Shown here in pieces: positions 13,356-27,189 of a stretch of DNA of 64,000 nucleotides. Numbering within the stretch: the stretch's first letter is position 1; every line of letters begins with the position of its first letter. A program made the translations under genes and the position numbers. Origin of the DNA: Nemertoderma westbladi (Eukaryota; Animalia; Xenacoelomorpha); the NCBI GenBank assembly GCA_032718475.1, contig JAUCBJ010006289.1, positions 15,675 through 79,674 of the forward strand. Reading direction: 5' to 3'. The notes under the pieces were generated by a model. The model saw only the letters and a program-made list of their open reading frames with translations, was not told where the DNA came from and made no database searches.

Positions 13356-14439
13356 AAATATTGTATTATATGATTATTTTTCTTCATGCAATATATAAAC
13401 TATTATGATATATATTACAGAATATATATCTTAATAAATACATATCTGTAATATAACATAATATGTAGTATTACAATTCGTGAATAAATTTATATTCCAG
13501 TATTAACTGGAAATTGTTGTCCAAGCTTTGTCCGGAATTCCAGTTACAGTGAGTTCAACCTTAGAGTTTGTGTGGTGCCATACCAAAAATAGATTTAACA
13601 GGGGGGGATTTGGGTTGCCTCTACTGTATAGTTTCACATTAAAGCGGAATAGGAAGCTTCACTCAACCTACCAATGAATGGGGTGGTCTGTGTTCGCATC
13701 AAAGAGGACAGTAGGTCGGAACCAATTTATAGCGAAGCTTGGCCTGATAAAAATTATTGTAATTGGCAATGGTGGACCTGGACCGTACGTGAAAGCTTTG
13801 ACCAAACACAAGATACAAAGGAATGACCAATCCACCAACTCGATTAGACCATTGACTCGTGCGACTACATCTAGAAGTTATTGGGTCTTGGATTAACGAT
13901 AACATATTGGATGATCTTACCGAAATGGATATTCCCGGTGGAGAGACTTCTGAAAGTTCTGTTGGAACTAGCAGCACCAAATTATTATTGGTTACTAGGC
14001 CTACAAACTAACGCTTACTGAAATACTTTAGAGATTTACCCTTTCACATATGATATCCAATTCATATTTAAAGGGATCCATATCTTCAAACTAAGTTTCT
14101 TAATTTTCAGTTTCTTTCCATCCGATTTTATGGCTATAGTGTGTAGTGTGTACTATAAATAGAGAAAGATTGATATAATAACAATTACATAATAATTGTT
14201 GTTACTCATCTAATAATCACTCACCATTTTTATTAAAACTTATACCCTTAGATGTTCTATGTACTGTACTCTGCTGTGTGTAGATAGCTAGATTCGGTTA
14301 TAAAAGGTCACGGATTATACATTTTCATCCTTATCACTTTCGGACACTCATTTAACTCTGCTGTTTCATTACATCCATGTCTCAGATTTCACTCTCTTCT
14401 GTGTCTCCTTCCTGTTGGGTATACTATACAGACTTAGAC

Positions 14440-17400
14440 AGACGGGATCACGCTTTTAGTTGCACACTGTGCAAAAATTATTTTCATTTCCAATATTATT
14501 TTCAAAACTTTTTGGATCTAAACGGATTCTTGGACGCAAAACAATGTAATGAGTTATGGTCCTGATATTGCAGTAAAAATATTTTTCCATTATTAGTGGA
14601 GTATCAGACGCTGATGAAGATATTTTTGATAGTAACATAGGGGAATCAGTCTTTTGTGATTCAGACAATACAATTTTTGCCGATATAGACCCAGATTGTA
14701 ATATAATTTATCCGTCTGTTGATGGTGGTTATTATGATTTATATTCTATTAATAATAAATTTCACAAAGAATCTATAACCAACGCAAGAGACATCAATTT
14801 TTCATTCAAATTGTAGGAGTCTTTCAAAAAAACTTTAGTGCAATAAATGAAATCTTATCTGGCGTTAATCACACATATACTTTATTAGCTTTTACTGAAC
14901 TATTTTTAATAAATGACAGTAGCACAAATCTCCTAGGTTCCGAAAGTTATAATGCACCAGTAGTTGATTTTAAAATAATACAACATCGGGTAAAGAAGGG
15001 GCTGCGATTTACGTTAAAGATGGACTGGTTTATACTGAGAGAACAGACCTTAAGTTAAACGTTACAGGAGGAGTCGAAAGTGTATGGATGGATTGAGGTC
15101 CCAAAAATAAATTTATCATAATTTAATTTGTCATAATCTAATTTATCAAATAAACTAATTGTTGGCTGTATTTATAGACCTGGTTCGGTAGATTACGAGA
15201 CATTTGTCAGTGCACTTGAATCCAAAATTGGCGACTTAAATAATGAGAAATGTGACGTTATTATATGTGGCGATATGAACATTGATCTCACTAACCAGAC
15301 TGAATACATTAGGAAATATTTAAACATGCTATCAGCTAGTGGCTATAAACAGCATATAAAAAACCGACACATATTTAAAAATTATAAAACACTAATAGAC
15401 CATTTTAGAAACAATGTATACGATAGAGTAGTAGATAGTGGGACTTTTCTAACTGAGGTTGGTACAGCGGATCACTTCACTTACCAATCTTTGGAATTCT
15501 GAAAGATGTTGGCAATTACTTCACCATAGAAAAAACGTTTTATTTTTAACTTTAGCGACTTTAATGAATTTCACTTTTTGCATGATTTAGCCAATCCGTG
15601 TATTTGGACATATAACACCCGTATAACACCCATCCATATAACACCGCAACAATGTCCCCCAAAATCAAAAATGTGAGGTTTTTTTTATAGGGACTTACAA
15701 AAAATATGCAATGCTTAACCCTATTAGTACCGGGCTATAAAATGTTGCACAAATACTGGGATGGGTCATTTGACCCATCCCTCTAAAATCTACAAATTTT
15801 AACAAAAACGTTTGATTTTTTGTTTGTACATAGATCTCACTAGTCCAAATAAGACCGAAAAAAAAATTTCGAAAAAAAGTACTGGGGTAGTTATTTTGCT
15901 GCAGCAAAATTACAAGTAGTGAACAATTTTCATAAAATTTGAAAGTTATAATTTTCGGCTAATTGTTTTTCACATATACAATACAGGTTCTCTCGGGCGC
16001 AAAATCCATTGGAAAGTGTTTAAAAATGATCTGATTACTATAAATTGCTGTCTTAGTCCTCACTTAGGCAAAAAATTAAGGAAAAATCAAGTAACCAGCA
16101 CTTTTCAGTTTGAACAGAAAATTTTTAATTCATTTTTAATGCTATAAATTCATATTTTTAGGTTTTCTGGGGCGCAGATTCTAATGAAATACATTTCTAA
16201 TTTGCATTTGCCAGATCATTGCTAATTGTATTTTTCGGTGTAATACGGCAAATTTTGGTGCTAGCACAAATTTCGTACCCATCACCAAAAAGTATAAGTT
16301 TGATATGTCCAGTGCGGTTTTTATTGATTCCATCGGATTCAGGACCCCTATAAACCGGTATAAGGCAAAAAAAAAGATGATACTATCGATTGATCAATTT
16401 GCTTATTTTCAAAAATTTGTTACTGTGACAACAATTTTACCCAAATTTTGCACCCACTTCCGAAAAATACAAGTTTGAGATGTCTAGTGTTGAATAGATT
16501 TTCAAAATTTCGTGTTAGCACCAAATTTTGCACACCGCGCTAAAAAATACAAGTTTGATACTCCTGGTGCAACTCGTATATATTCCATCGAAATCAGAGC
16601 CCCAAAAAACCCTATTGCTAAAAACAGGTTCAAACAATCAATTTACACATTTGACATATTTCACATAATTGAAAATTGCCACCCACCGAAAAAAACAAGT
16701 TTGAAATTTGTAAATTTTTTAGATGAATTCCATCTAATTGCAAACACCAAAAAACCGATGTAAATCAAAAATAGAGATGATACAAATCATATTTAATGAA
16801 ATGTAATTTTCAAAAAACGCCTCAAAAAAATTGCCAAAAGTAGGGTTAAAAATTCCCAATATTTTTGAAAACTGTTTTCAATATTAGGAAGACAATAGAT
16901 TTTTAGGAAAAGTCACAAAATTTCAGATTCCCCACTGCGTTTCTTTCAGAGTTATAACAAAAAAACCACGGGGTGGGGGTCATATTGACCGCCCCCAACC
17001 CCCCACCCACGGGGGGTTAATAAGGTTAATGCACATGTGAAATTGAAAGAATTCACCATTAATTCAAAACCCAAAATCAAATATCAAAAAACCAAAAATT
17101 CAAAAGGGAAGCAGAGTGTCAATATTAAGATAATGCGTTTGCCACTTGTGGCAACGAACATGTGAAGGACCTGTAAAATTATTATTATGGCAATAGCTAA
17201 AAATAAATCACGAAATTCCCCCAAGTGTATGTATGCGTCTTACTGAAAATAACAATAAAGTGATCACTGATAACCCTGGAACAATTGCATACAGATTTAA
17301 CAATTTTTTTTCTACAATCGCTCCAAATTTTGTTTCAAAGCTGCCACCGTGTAAAAAATGTCCTGTAAAGTTAATTAAGAGTATTAAATCACCAGTTGAA

Positions 17401-19469
17401 TCCTTTGCTTTAATTGAAACATCTCCAGTTGAAGTCGAGTATCATTTGCGGCAATTACATGAGTCTATTATATCCACAAATGATACTTTTCCTCCAAATC
17501 TTGTAAAATTAGGGGCCAATTTATAATATAATTTTACTTATGTGACTTAATTAATCAGACGTGGTGGTCTGGTAAGTTCCCGGATTATCTTAAGCAGGCC
17601 AGGGTAACACCAATTTACAAAGCTGATGGCCCTTTGGAGCCGAGCAATTTCCATCTGATATCTGTCCTTCCGATCTTTAGTAAGATTTATGAGAAAATAC
17701 TTCATGGCCAGCTAGCCTCTTTTACTTCGCAAAATAATATTTTTACTAATCATCAATTTGGTTTTAGAAAAAACATGAGTACTTTTCATGCGTTACTAAC
17801 AGTAACAGATCAAATTAGTGATGCCATCATCGACAACGGTGAGTCAGTCTGAGCTGTACATATGGATATAAGTAAGTATTAGGATATGGTATTTGATAGG
17901 ATTGACCATGGCGCGCCATGGTCGTTCTGTTGGATAAATTACATTTAAATGGTGTAAGAGGTAAACCTCTTGACCTCATAAAAGATTATTTAACTAACGG
18001 AACTCTAACTCGGAACGGAACTAACGGATTTAAATTGGACATTGTTACTATAACATCAGGGGTACCCCGAGGTAGCTTTGCTAGGCCCTTTATTGTTTTT
18101 GCTTTATGTTAATGACCTACCATATGTTACGAAAATGGGGTCAACATTATTTGCTGATGACACTAGTTTTATTGCCCGACATAAGGTTCCCGATATTATT
18201 TTCAATGAAACAAATTATGAATTATCTAAGATCCAAGAATGGTTGTACTAACAAATTAACACTAAATGTAGAAAAAAACTGAATATATCAATTTTTCAAA
18301 TCGCAGCTCCCCAAATTATATTCATGTAGGAAACAGCCAGCTTAACAAGGTTAAAAAAATAAAGTATTTAAGGATTATAATAGATGAAAAAATGTCATGG
18401 AAAGCGCCTAGTGAAATAAAATTTCAAAGTTGTCTGGAATTTTTTATAAACTAACTATTATAAAGTTGCTGTACTACTCTTTAATTAATCCTTAAATACA
18501 ATATTGCCTGATAGTCTGGGGACGCGCACGAAAAAGTCATATAAAGAAAGTCCAGGTTAAAGTACATAAAATACTCTGGTGTATTACATATACTGATAAA
18601 GAGAGTCATTCTTTCCTGATTTATAAGAAATTAAATATTCTACCCACACTGCATCTTTACCGACTTCAATTAGGAATGTTTATGCACTCTGTATTTTACA
18701 AATACGATAGGACAGAACTTTTTGCCACTATTTTTTATATACATGTCTATGTTTTTTCTGGCCGATCGTGTCCCATAATGGGACACAATCGGCCAGAAAA
18801 AAACATTTTTTGTGGCACAGAAAAATATGTTTGTCAGACAGGCATCACTGGCATATATAGCAGTGGCATTCTATGGAACAAACTACCTCAAAATATAGTT
18901 GAAATAAAGTGAAAAACCGTATTTAAACGCAAATTGCAAGATAAATTATTTAGGCATGAAAATCCAATTTACCTTGCTGTTTAAAATGAGTTTTCACGTT
19001 ACAAACATTTATATTTTTATAACTATTTATATATATACATAAGGTTCATTCTACAAGAAAAATATTTTGACAAAATTTGGCTAATTTTTTGTAGAATGAA
19101 CCATATATAGATAAATATAAAATATACAGATATATTGTCTTAAATATGTAGGTTCCCTTATCTTTATTAGTGTTTGGACAGTCTCGGATAGCAGCAAACT
19201 GGCAGGGCGGGGGTATGGTGGGGGTTGGTTTCTATCATTAATGTAGTGGGATAACATTGTTTCCGACAGGGTGGATGAATCACTTCACTTCATAACATCA
19301 CCTTCAACATCACCACCACTGTACTCGCATGCGAATTGGTGGCGTCCTGCGATATCACTTCATACATAATAAATTCGTACATAATAAAACTGATAATATT
19401 TTAATGTTTAATTTCATCTGTATGCAATGCAGAAGTGATTGCAAATAAATAAATGATTGAATTGAATTG
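14440..19469 (+). mobile_element. Decayed L2/CR1-group LINE (PHD finger, APE endonuclease, RT), interrupted by a MITE
   Basis: CTLCKNYFH PHD remnant; IDPDCN; GCIYRP and CGDMNID (APE); ISVLPIFSKIYEK, QFGFR, SGVPRGS, LFADDT (RT); 3' tail aaataaataaatgattgaattgaattg. Confidence 0.85.
15719..17025. mobile_element. piggyBac-type non-autonomous element (TTAA TSD)
   Basis: TTAA|ccctatta ... ttaataagg|TTAA, subterminal gggtca..tgacc palindromes at both ends, internal diverged repeats. Confidence 0.7.
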
Positions 19470-19655
19470 TGCCATTAAGTCTTACATACTGTATTATACT
19501 GTTTGTACCTTGGCCTACAAATCTCTGATTTTGTTGTTGGTACTGTGCAATCAATATTTTACTTACATAATATTTTATTATAATTTTACTAACCTTCTAC
19601 AAGTTCATCTTATCTTATTACTTAGTTGAAACTTTTTGTACTTTACTGTTATATT

Positions 19656-19694
19656 TGGCTGAAGATGATTTATGTATTAAATCGAAACGTTCCA
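19656..19694 (+). ncRNA. Second Penelope-type minimal hammerhead motif (solo pLTR-like fragment)
   Basis: tgg-CTGAAGA-t-[gattta tgtat taaatc]-GAAACGTT-cca; same layout as 7688-7723 with covarying stem II. Confidence 0.55.
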
Positions 19695-20619
19695 CTTATT
19701 TAATAATGGCATTTCTTCAATTCGCGCTTGTAATATTAATTTTTACTATGATTAAGAATTGTAATCATTGGTCATTGGGTGAAATATGATAGTTGTTTAG
19801 AAATTGGAATGCCATGGAATAGCCATACAACTCGATCAGAGTTAAAGTCAGTTATTGCATGCATAGGCCCTACCAGTGTCATTATGTCATATGTTACAGT
19901 TACACTGCTACCCATTATAGAATTCCATTATATACACATTATCAACTTTTTATCTACGCATTATCTAAGGTATTAGCTACTGCCCTACAAGAAAGCTTGT
20001 CAGAAGTGTGTGTAGGGTCACTATGCACTACAGGTTTAAATGTCCTCTTATGCACATTAGACATAACCTAATACCAAAACGAACGACAATGTAATTATGT
20101 GATAGGCATAGTGTTTGAGGGTTACTGTGTGGATTACTGGATTACGGATTTGACAATTCAGTACAGTATCACAGCTGCTGCTTCTTTGAACTTCGCTGAA
20201 GGACAATCAAGGTGGGCTCAGAGCGTGGACTATCAATAGATTACACAGATTATTATTATAGACACATAGATGATTATATTCGTTATATAGTAGTCAGCGG
20301 TACTTAACAACCGACGTAAAAATCATCTAAGTTCATAATGTTGGCATGGGAAGTTTTTGTATGTTGCTCAACCATTGTGCAATCACCGCCCACAATAGTG
20401 AATTATAATATAATACCGGTTCGATATATTATATTATAATATACTACCGGTTCGTCCAGAGGTTTATGAAATGAAATAAAATGAAAATACAATTTCAAAG
20501 TCTAATGTATATACTGTATACAGGGGTAGGTTGCTGGACTGCAGCAATATGCTAGATTATGCTAGATGCTGCTATGATTATGCTCGATTATGCTAGATTG
20601 ACTTGCCTAAATATACGAA

Positions 20620-21050
20620 TGAGACTCTCATTATACTACATACTAACTTAGACATTAAGATGGCGAAGAGAAATAGAAAGCCAGCATGGAATGACAAAGA
20701 ACGAGCCTGTCTAGTGGAATGCGTTAGAACACCCACGCGTCAATAAATAATATAATAAAAGTAAAAAGTTGAATTAATAAATAAATATGAATTATGTATT
20801 AATTAATCATATCTCTTAAAATCTTCGCGAATGATATTTGAAATGTCTATAATAGCTGATTTATCAAACCGAAACCTTTGGATAAGTTCTTTGTCACTGA
20901 AAACCTCAAATGGGTTGTCTTTACTTCTTAATACGCGCTCACAATTTAACTGCATTTGCGTTATGTTGTCAAGCATCAACATCAAATGCACTGACATAAT
21001 AAAAAATAAACTTGCATGTGTAAGATACCGAAATAAAAACATTAAATAAT
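20620..21050. mobile_element. Internally deleted PIF/Harbinger remnant (Myb/SANT start on +, HARBI1-like start on -)
   Basis: + strand from ~20659 reads MAKRNRKPAWNDKERACLVECVR; - strand 20803-21042 reads RSKDNPFEVFSDKELIQRFRF. Convergent two-gene layout fits Harbinger. Confidence 0.6.
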
Positions 21051-21474
21051 ACGAAATAATATATTTCTAGAATCTAATTAGGGTAATATATCGCCATGGA
21101 GTCAACCCTCTACGTTTTTTGGACTTCGTAGCTTTAAGTCACTTTTAATGATCATTATAACTTCTAATATTGGTTCTAGTATAGTGTGTCACTATGCACT
21201 ACAGCTTTAAGCGGCCTCTTTATGCATTCCACTTAAAATATGTAATTAAAATTAAATTAACTAAATAAAATTTAAATAACTAATTAAAATTAAAATAACT
21301 ACTTAAAATTAAAATAACTAATTAAAATGTAAAATAACTAATTAAAATTAAAATAACGAATAAATATCATAATGCTAATACTGTAATTATGGGATAGTGG
21401 GATAATTTGATTTGATGACATTTGGTAGCCTACTGTTGTACTGTATCCAGTATCACACAGCTGCTGCTACGCTT

Positions 21475-21702
21475 AACGACCAATGTGGACATCCTCTAAG
21501 TTCATCATGCTGGTGTGGAAAGTTATGGTATGTTGCGCAGCCATTGTGCAGTCACCACCAACAATAGTGGATTGTGCAATACCCACTACTCCCACAAATA
21601 CGGCAGTCGCTGTTCAGCTAAGGTGTCAGGGCCTGGAATCAGTGGAATTCCCATGTTGACTTTCATGTAACTCTTTACTTTGGACCAAATGGTCTCGAAG
21701 GG
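21475..21702 (-). pseudogene. C-terminal fragment of an IS630/Tc1-type transposase
   Basis: Minus strand PFETIWSKVKSYMK...EQRLPYL, cut at a TTAA where a piggyBac-like end (ttaaccctatt) begins; diverged partial copy at ~20160-20400. Confidence 0.45.
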
Positions 21703-23015
21703 TTAACCCTATTACCACTGGGGGGGGGGGGGTGGGGGGGGGGGCGAATCGGCCCCCCTTAGTTTTTAATTGCTGTATCTATTCTATATATTTAATTGCT
21801 GTAATCTATCTATGCAACCACAGTATGTACCTGCCCAATTTTTTAAGAATATTAGCCAAATTTAATGGCACATCTTTTGAAAAAAAAACGGCGTTGCTAT
21901 TGGATTTCTACTTTTCGATGTGGGTGCCTATGGCATACATATGGTATTTTTATTCTTGATTAATTATGTCGGTCTTGAATTTATTTACATCGGCCTTGAA
22001 CTTATTTATGTCCCTCTTGATTTATTTATATGTTGGTCTTGATTTATTAATGTCGATTTTGAATATATTATTGACGCACTTGATTTATTTATGGCGGCGC
22101 TCTTGAATTATTTATATCGGTCTTGATTCCCATTTACTTGGTCTTGATTCATTGGTCGAAGGAATTTCTACCATTATAATCAACCAATCAGAATCAGCTA
22201 CACAGTATTTGAATTAATCACCTGAGTACAAAGGACTATGCTAACCAGTACTGATAGCCCATTGTCAGTGAATTCTTCTTTGTTTTGTATTTGGGTTAGG
22301 CCTACTGGGTTTATTAGATTTGTTATTAGGTCATTAGTATTAGGTACCATTGTTGCGTCGTTTGTGACTTGTGTTTATAATAACCCTACCAGACCTATAG
22401 TTTATTTAGTTTTTTTAGATATTTTTTGGTTATTATAGTCCTTTATTAACTTGTCAACAACAGCCAAAATGTCCCTCAAAAATTCCTCTTCCATCCTCTT
22501 TCATACCGGTACTCAGTTACTTACTTACTACATATACTGCCTTACTGTTATAGTTAGTAGGCCTGAGGCACTTAATTGTAAGGCAAGGACTGCTCTACTA
22601 TAGGTCTGGTAGGGTTATTATAAACACAAGTCACAAACGGCACAACAATGGTACCTAATACTAATGACCTAATAACAAATCCAATAAACCCAGTAGGCCT
22701 AACCCAAATACAAAACAATGAAGAATTTACTGACAATGGGCTAGCAGTACTGGTTAGCATAGTCCTTTGTACTCAGGTGATTAATTCAAATCGTTACCGG
22801 TACCATGCACTGCATACATTAGTGTAGTGTATTCTCACTGCACTACTGTGTAGCTGATTCTGATTGGTTGATTATAATGGTAGAAATTCCTTTGAACAAT
22901 GAATGAAGACCAAGTAAATGGGAATCAAGACCGATATAAATAATTCAAGAGTGCTGCCATAAATAAATCAAGTGCGACAATAATAATTCAAGGGCGAGAT
23001 AATTAATTAAAGGGC

Positions 23016-23130
23016 TGTAGTGAGCGCGATTCTCGCATTAGCGCGACTCACATCATTTCAAAGTAATATATTACAGTCAGGAACATGTACTATGTTGACA
23101 CCAGGAGGTTCGATATCTGTTACCGCTACA
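23016..23130 (-). repeat. 3' LTR (115 bp)
   Basis: Identical to 27075-27189; preceded on the minus strand by a polypurine tract (23131-23141). Confidence 0.95.
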
Positions 23131-23151
23131 CTACTCCCCCCAGAACCGTGA

Positions 23152-26100
23152 TTAAAAAAAATACTTCGGCTGTCGGATTTCCCGCCCACTTCGAGTAGTT
23201 ACGGGGAGTTCGGACGGAGTTTCCGCTAGGTGGGGTGAGGGAGTAGAAGGTTCAGCCGGGGTGGTACTGGCAGTGGATGGTCGACCACGGCGTGGCGGGA
23301 CGGCCACTGCAACGGGCTGGTCGATCGCGAGGTGAGCCGGTTTTAGTCTGTCGACGGATATAGTTTCGCGCCGACCACCCACCTCGACGATGAATGTTTT
23401 GGGCCCCCGTTCCGCTACTTTATACGGCCCAGTGTAGGGCCGCTGTAAGGGGCCGCAGTGTGCATCAGTACGCACAAAGACATACTCGCTTGTACTGAGC
23501 TGAGGAGGCACAGATGAGCCGGGTTTCCCGTGTCGCGAAGTTGGTGTCGGCACGAACTGCCTCGCGTGTTTGTGGAGGTCCTGAAGGAAGGCTGTGGATT
23601 CCGGTGGATTGGTTGGCGAGGCGACGAAGTCACCGGGCACCGTTAGTGGTGAGCCGTACACCAACTCAGCCGAGGAGCAGTTCAGGTCTTCCTTTGGGGC
23701 GGTCCGGTTGCCGAGAAGGGCCCAGGGCAGTTCATCCACCCAGTTGGGGCCGGTTAGTCGGGCCCTCAGGGACGCCTTGAGGGAGCGGTGGAACCGTTCC
23801 ACCAGACCGTTTGCCTGCGGATGGTACGACATGGTCCGGTGGAGTTTCGTCCCGAGGAGGCGGTTGACTTCGGACCACAACTCCGAGGTGAACTGGGCGC
23901 CACGGTCAGAGGAGAGTTCGGCCGGGACGCCGAACCGGGCGATCCAGTGGGCGACGAGAGCGCGGGCGCAGGTCTCGGTTGTTGAGTCGGCGAGCGGAAT
24001 GGCCTCGGGCCAGCGCGTCGTCCGGTCGACGATGGTGAAGAGGTAGGTGAACCCTTGGGATGGAGGGAGGGGACCTACCAGGTCGACGTTAACGTGGTCG
24101 AAGCGACGACGTGGGACAGTGAAGGTCTCCAGTGGAGCCTTCGTATGGCGCTGAACCTTGGAGGTCTGGCAGGCGACGCAGGCCTTGGCCCAGGCAGTTA
24201 CCTGTTTGGCGAGGCCGTGCCAGACAAAGCGCTCCGAGATGAGCTTCCGAGTTGAGCGGATGGACGGATGGGACAGGGAGTGGACTACGTCGAACACGCG
24301 ACGGCGCCATGAACTCGGGACGAGCGGCCGGGGTTGGCCAGTCGAGACGTCGCAGAGAAGCGTGACGTCCTTCTCCATGAACGTGACGTCACGCAGGTCA
24401 AGGCTACCTGGGTTCCTCCGGAGGGTCTGGAGTTCGTTGTCCTCCCGCTGGGCAGCCGCCATGGCGGTATAGTCGACCCCGAGTTGGGTCGACAGGTGGC
24501 CCACGAAGCTGCGGGAGAGGGCGTCCGCCACCTGGTTGTCCTTCCCGTCAACATGACGTACATTGGTGGTGAACTCAGATATGTACGCCAGGTGGCGCTG
24601 TTGACGGGGAGACCAGGGGTCAGTGACCTTGGCGAATGCGTGGGTCAGCGGTTTGTGGTCCGTATAGGCCACAAACGGACGGCCCTCTAGGAAATACCGG
24701 AAGTGGCGGACCGCGAGGTACAGGCCGAGGAGTTCGCGGTCGTAGGCGCTGTACTTCCGTTCCGGAGGGCGGAGTTGGCGGCTGAAGAAGGCGAGCGGCC
24801 GCCACTTCCCATCGGACCACTGCTCGAGGGCCGCGCCGACTGCGGAGTCGGAGGCGTCGGTGGTGATGGAGGTTGGGGTGTCGTGGCGGGGGTGGACGAG
24901 CATGGTGGCGTCCGCGAGGGCCCGCTTGGAGGACTCGAACGCAGCGTTGAGTTTGGGAGTCCAGTCGACGTCCTTAACCTTGGTGGCGACGGTGGCATAA
25001 AGGGGCTGCATGGTGGCAGCAGCTGCGGGAATAAATCGGTGGTAAAACGTTACCATACCGATAAATTCCCGCAACCCTTTAGTGGTGGTTGGACGAGGGA
25101 AGGAGCGGACGGCTTCCACCTTGTCCGGGAGCGGATGGACTCCGGACTCGTTGACGATGTGTCCGAGGAACTGGATCTCCGCCACCCCGAACTCGCACTT
25201 CGCCAGGTTGACGACGAGGCCGTTGTCCTGGAGTCGTTGGAAGAGTTGGCGGAGGTGTACGAGGTATTCCTCGGGGGTCGCGCTTGCGATGAGAATGTCG
25301 TCCAGGTACGCGAAGAGGAAGTCCAACCCAGCACAGACGGAGTCCATCAGGCGTTGGAAGGCCTGGGCGGCGTTCTTGAGGCCGAACGGCATCCGGACAA
25401 ATTCGAAGAGTCCGAACGGAGTGATAACGGCGGTCTTGGGAACGTCGCCGGGGGCCACGGGGATTTGGTGGTAGCCCCGCACCAGGTCGACCTTAGAGAA
25501 GATCGTGGCCCCGGCGAGACGCGCCGAGAAGTCCTGGATGTGCAGGACTGGGTAGCGATCGGGGGTCGTGGCGTCGTTGAGGAGACGGTAGTCCCCGCAG
25601 GGGCGCCAACCCCCGGCCGGCTTGGGCACCATATGGAGGGGAGACGACCAGGGACTATTCGAACGGCGAATAATCCCCATCTCCTCCATCTTGCTGAACT
25701 CCGCCCGCGCGATCTCGAGTTTATCCGGCGGGAGTCGTCGAGCGCGGGCGTGGATGGGGCGACCGGCGGTCGGGATGTAATGCTCCACGCCGTGGCGAGT
25801 AGACGAGTCCGAGAAGGTCGGCGTCGTGATGGAGGAGAACTCCGCCAGGAGGTCGGCGTAGACTCGATCTACGGCTGTCGACGCGAGTTGAGGGTGGGTT
25901 CCTGGGATGGTGGAGGAGGAGCAACGGAGGGGGATCGGCTGGAAGGTTTCCATGTCGATGAGTTGCTGCCCCTTGACGTCCACCATCAGGGCGTGGTCGC
26001 AGAGGAAGTCCGCCCCTAGCAACGGCTGGGGGACGTCCGCGATCACGAAGTCCCAGTTGAACTGGCGGCCGTTGAAACGCAGAGGAACTCCGCGGGTTCC

Positions 26101-26343
26101 GTAGGAACGGATCGGTGATCCGTTGACAGCGCGGAGCGGCGGTCCGGTACGACCGGAACGGGTGTCGAATCCGCTGGCGGGAAACACGCTCACCTGGGCG
26201 CCGGTGTCCACGAGGAAGTGGTGGCCGGAGTTTCGGTCCCAGAGGTAGAGGAGGTTGTCCCGCTGGTGGTAGCGACCAGTCGACGCAGCGGCTAGCGTCG
26301 GCTGGTCGGAGCGTTTCCCAGGAAGCTGCACGGCAACCGGCAC
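23152..26343 (-). CDS. pol: Gypsy Pol (protease-RT-RNase H-integrase), probably made by -1 frameshift
   Basis: LVDTGA, RMPFGL, YLDD, TDASD, integrase HHCC, DLVGP/SDRG/ERFH, GPY; slippery G GGA AAC at 26319-26313 in the gag overlap. Confidence 0.95.
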   Translation of the reverse strand: MPVAVQLPGKRSDQPTLAAASTGRYHQRDNLLYLWDRNSGHHFLVDTGAQVSVFPASGFDTRSGRTGPPLRAVNGSPIRSYGTRGVPLRFNGRQFNWDFVIADVPQPLLGADFLCDHALMVDVKGQQLIDMETFQPIPLRCSSSTIPGTHPQLASTAVDRVYADLLAEFSSITTPTFSDSSTRHGVEHYIPTAGRPIHARARRLPPDKLEIARAEFSKMEEMGIIRRSNSPWSSPLHMVPKPAGGWRPCGDYRLLNDATTPDRYPVLHIQDFSARLAGATIFSKVDLVRGYHQIPVAPGDVPKTAVITPFGLFEFVRMPFGLKNAAQAFQRLMDSVCAGLDFLFAYLDDILIASATPEEYLVHLRQLFQRLQDNGLVVNLAKCEFGVAEIQFLGHIVNESGVHPLPDKVEAVRSFPRPTTTKGLREFIGMVTFYHRFIPAAAATMQPLYATVATKVKDVDWTPKLNAAFESSKRALADATMLVHPRHDTPTSITTDASDSAVGAALEQWSDGKWRPLAFFSRQLRPPERKYSAYDRELLGLYLAVRHFRYFLEGRPFVAYTDHKPLTHAFAKVTDPWSPRQQRHLAYISEFTTNVRHVDGKDNQVADALSRSFVGHLSTQLGVDYTAMAAAQREDNELQTLRRNPGSLDLRDVTFMEKDVTLLCDVSTGQPRPLVPSSWRRRVFDVVHSLSHPSIRSTRKLISERFVWHGLAKQVTAWAKACVACQTSKVQRHTKAPLETFTVPRRRFDHVNVDLVGPLPPSQGFTYLFTIVDRTTRWPEAIPLADSTTETCARALVAHWIARFGVPAELSSDRGAQFTSELWSEVNRLLGTKLHRTMSYHPQANGLVERFHRSLKASLRARLTGPNWVDELPWALLGNRTAPKEDLNCSSAELVYGSPLTVPGDFVASPTNPPESTAFLQDLHKHARQFVPTPTSRHGKPGSSVPPQLSTSEYVFVRTDAHCGPLQRPYTGPYKVAERGPKTFIVEVGGRRETISVDRLKPAHLAIDQPVAVAVPPRRGRPSTASTTPAEPSTPSPHLAETPSELPVTTRSGREIRQPKYFF

Positions 26344-27014
26344 TGCTTGGCGGCACTACCAAACTGGGCGTGGTAGTAGCACAACCCGTCGGTGTCGGGT
26401 CGAGCAGTAGGCCTACCGGATGAGTTTGTGGTCGCCTTCGTGGGTTGCGGCGCGGAGGAGTTCTTCGTCGGTAGTGAGTTCGTCACCCGGTTTAATCCGG
26501 CTGGTTGGGAGACTCCCTGCTGTTTGGCCAGCCACAGAACGTCGGCGGTGGCAGCCAGGGCGTGGGGATCCGCGAAAGAGTTGTTGGAGACCTGGAGCTG
26601 GATGTCCTCGGGGAGCTGCTCCAGAAAGAGCTGCTCGAACAGCAGACACGGAGTATGGCCGGCGAGGAGCCCCAACATCTCGTCCATCAACTGGGACGGC
26701 TTGCGGTCGCCCAGCCCGCGCATCCGCAGCAGCTTCGCGGCGCGCTCGCGTCGACTCAAGGCGAAAGTTCCGAGGAGTCGAGCCTTGAGGGATTCGTATT
26801 TCCCTTCGGAAGGCGGGGCGGTGAGGATGTCCAGTAGACGGGCGGCGGTGGGTTGATCCAGAGCGGCGACAACGTAGAAGTATTTAGTCGTGTCGTCGAC
26901 GATCCTCCGGATGCTAAACTGGGCCTCCACCTGGGCAAACCATACCGACGGGTTTTCGGCCCAGAAGTGTGGCAGTTTAACTCCAACCGCGTTGACATTT
27001 GCCTCGTTAGCCAT
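26292..27014 (-). CDS. gag: Gypsy Gag
   Basis: 240 aa, [21 protein letters not shown]-terminal CYYH...C..PC knuckle; lies between PBS and pol. Confidence 0.92.
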   Translation of the reverse strand: MANEANVNAVGVKLPHFWAENPSVWFAQVEAQFSIRRIVDDTTKYFYVVAALDQPTAARLLDILTAPPSEGKYESLKARLLGTFALSRRERAAKLLRMRGLGDRKPSQLMDEMLGLLAGHTPCLLFEQLFLEQLPEDIQLQVSNNSFADPHALAATADVLWLAKQQGVSQPAGLNRVTNSLPTKNSSAPQPTKATTNSSGRPTARPDTDGLCYYHAQFGSAAKQCRLPCSFLGNAPTSRR

Positions 27015-27074
27015 TATGTATACCTAAACAGATGTTATTGACGCAAACCCGTTTGCGTCAGTCTGGGTCACCAA

Positions 27075-27189
27075 TGTAGTGAGCGCGATTCTCGCATTAG
27101 CGCGACTCACATCATTTCAAAGTAATATATTACAGTCAGGAACATGTACTATGTTGACACCAGGAGGTTCGATATCTGTTACCGCTACA
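27075..27189 (-). repeat. 5' LTR (115 bp)
   Basis: Identical to 23016-23130; followed on the minus strand by the PBS. Confidence 0.95.

Larger units (their letters stand above)
23016..27189 (-). mobile_element. Full-length intact Ty3/Gypsy LTR retrotransposon (CsRN1-like)
   Basis: Identical 115-bp TG..CA LTRs; PBS TGGTGACCCAGAC (tRNA-Trp-like); PPT GGGGGGAGTAG; open gag and pol; flanks gggc/ggac (4-bp TSD with one mismatch). Confidence 0.95.

Noticed and set aside
13580-13980. GC-richer island with short ORFs
   Set aside because: No motif recognised in any frame; left unassigned
19043-19102. 13-bp inverted repeat ggttcattctaca/tgtagaatgaacc
   Set aside because: Real but tiny; probably a MITE remnant in a LINE 3' region, with nothing further to support a call
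22238-22760. Two near-identical small ORFs on opposite strands
   Set aside because: They arise from the foldback inverted arms; no coding evidence
23415-27041. Many overlapping and antisense ORFs, including 438 aa at 24703-26019 (+)
   Set aside because: Shadow ORFs of the GC-rich Gypsy gag/pol with no recognisable motifs
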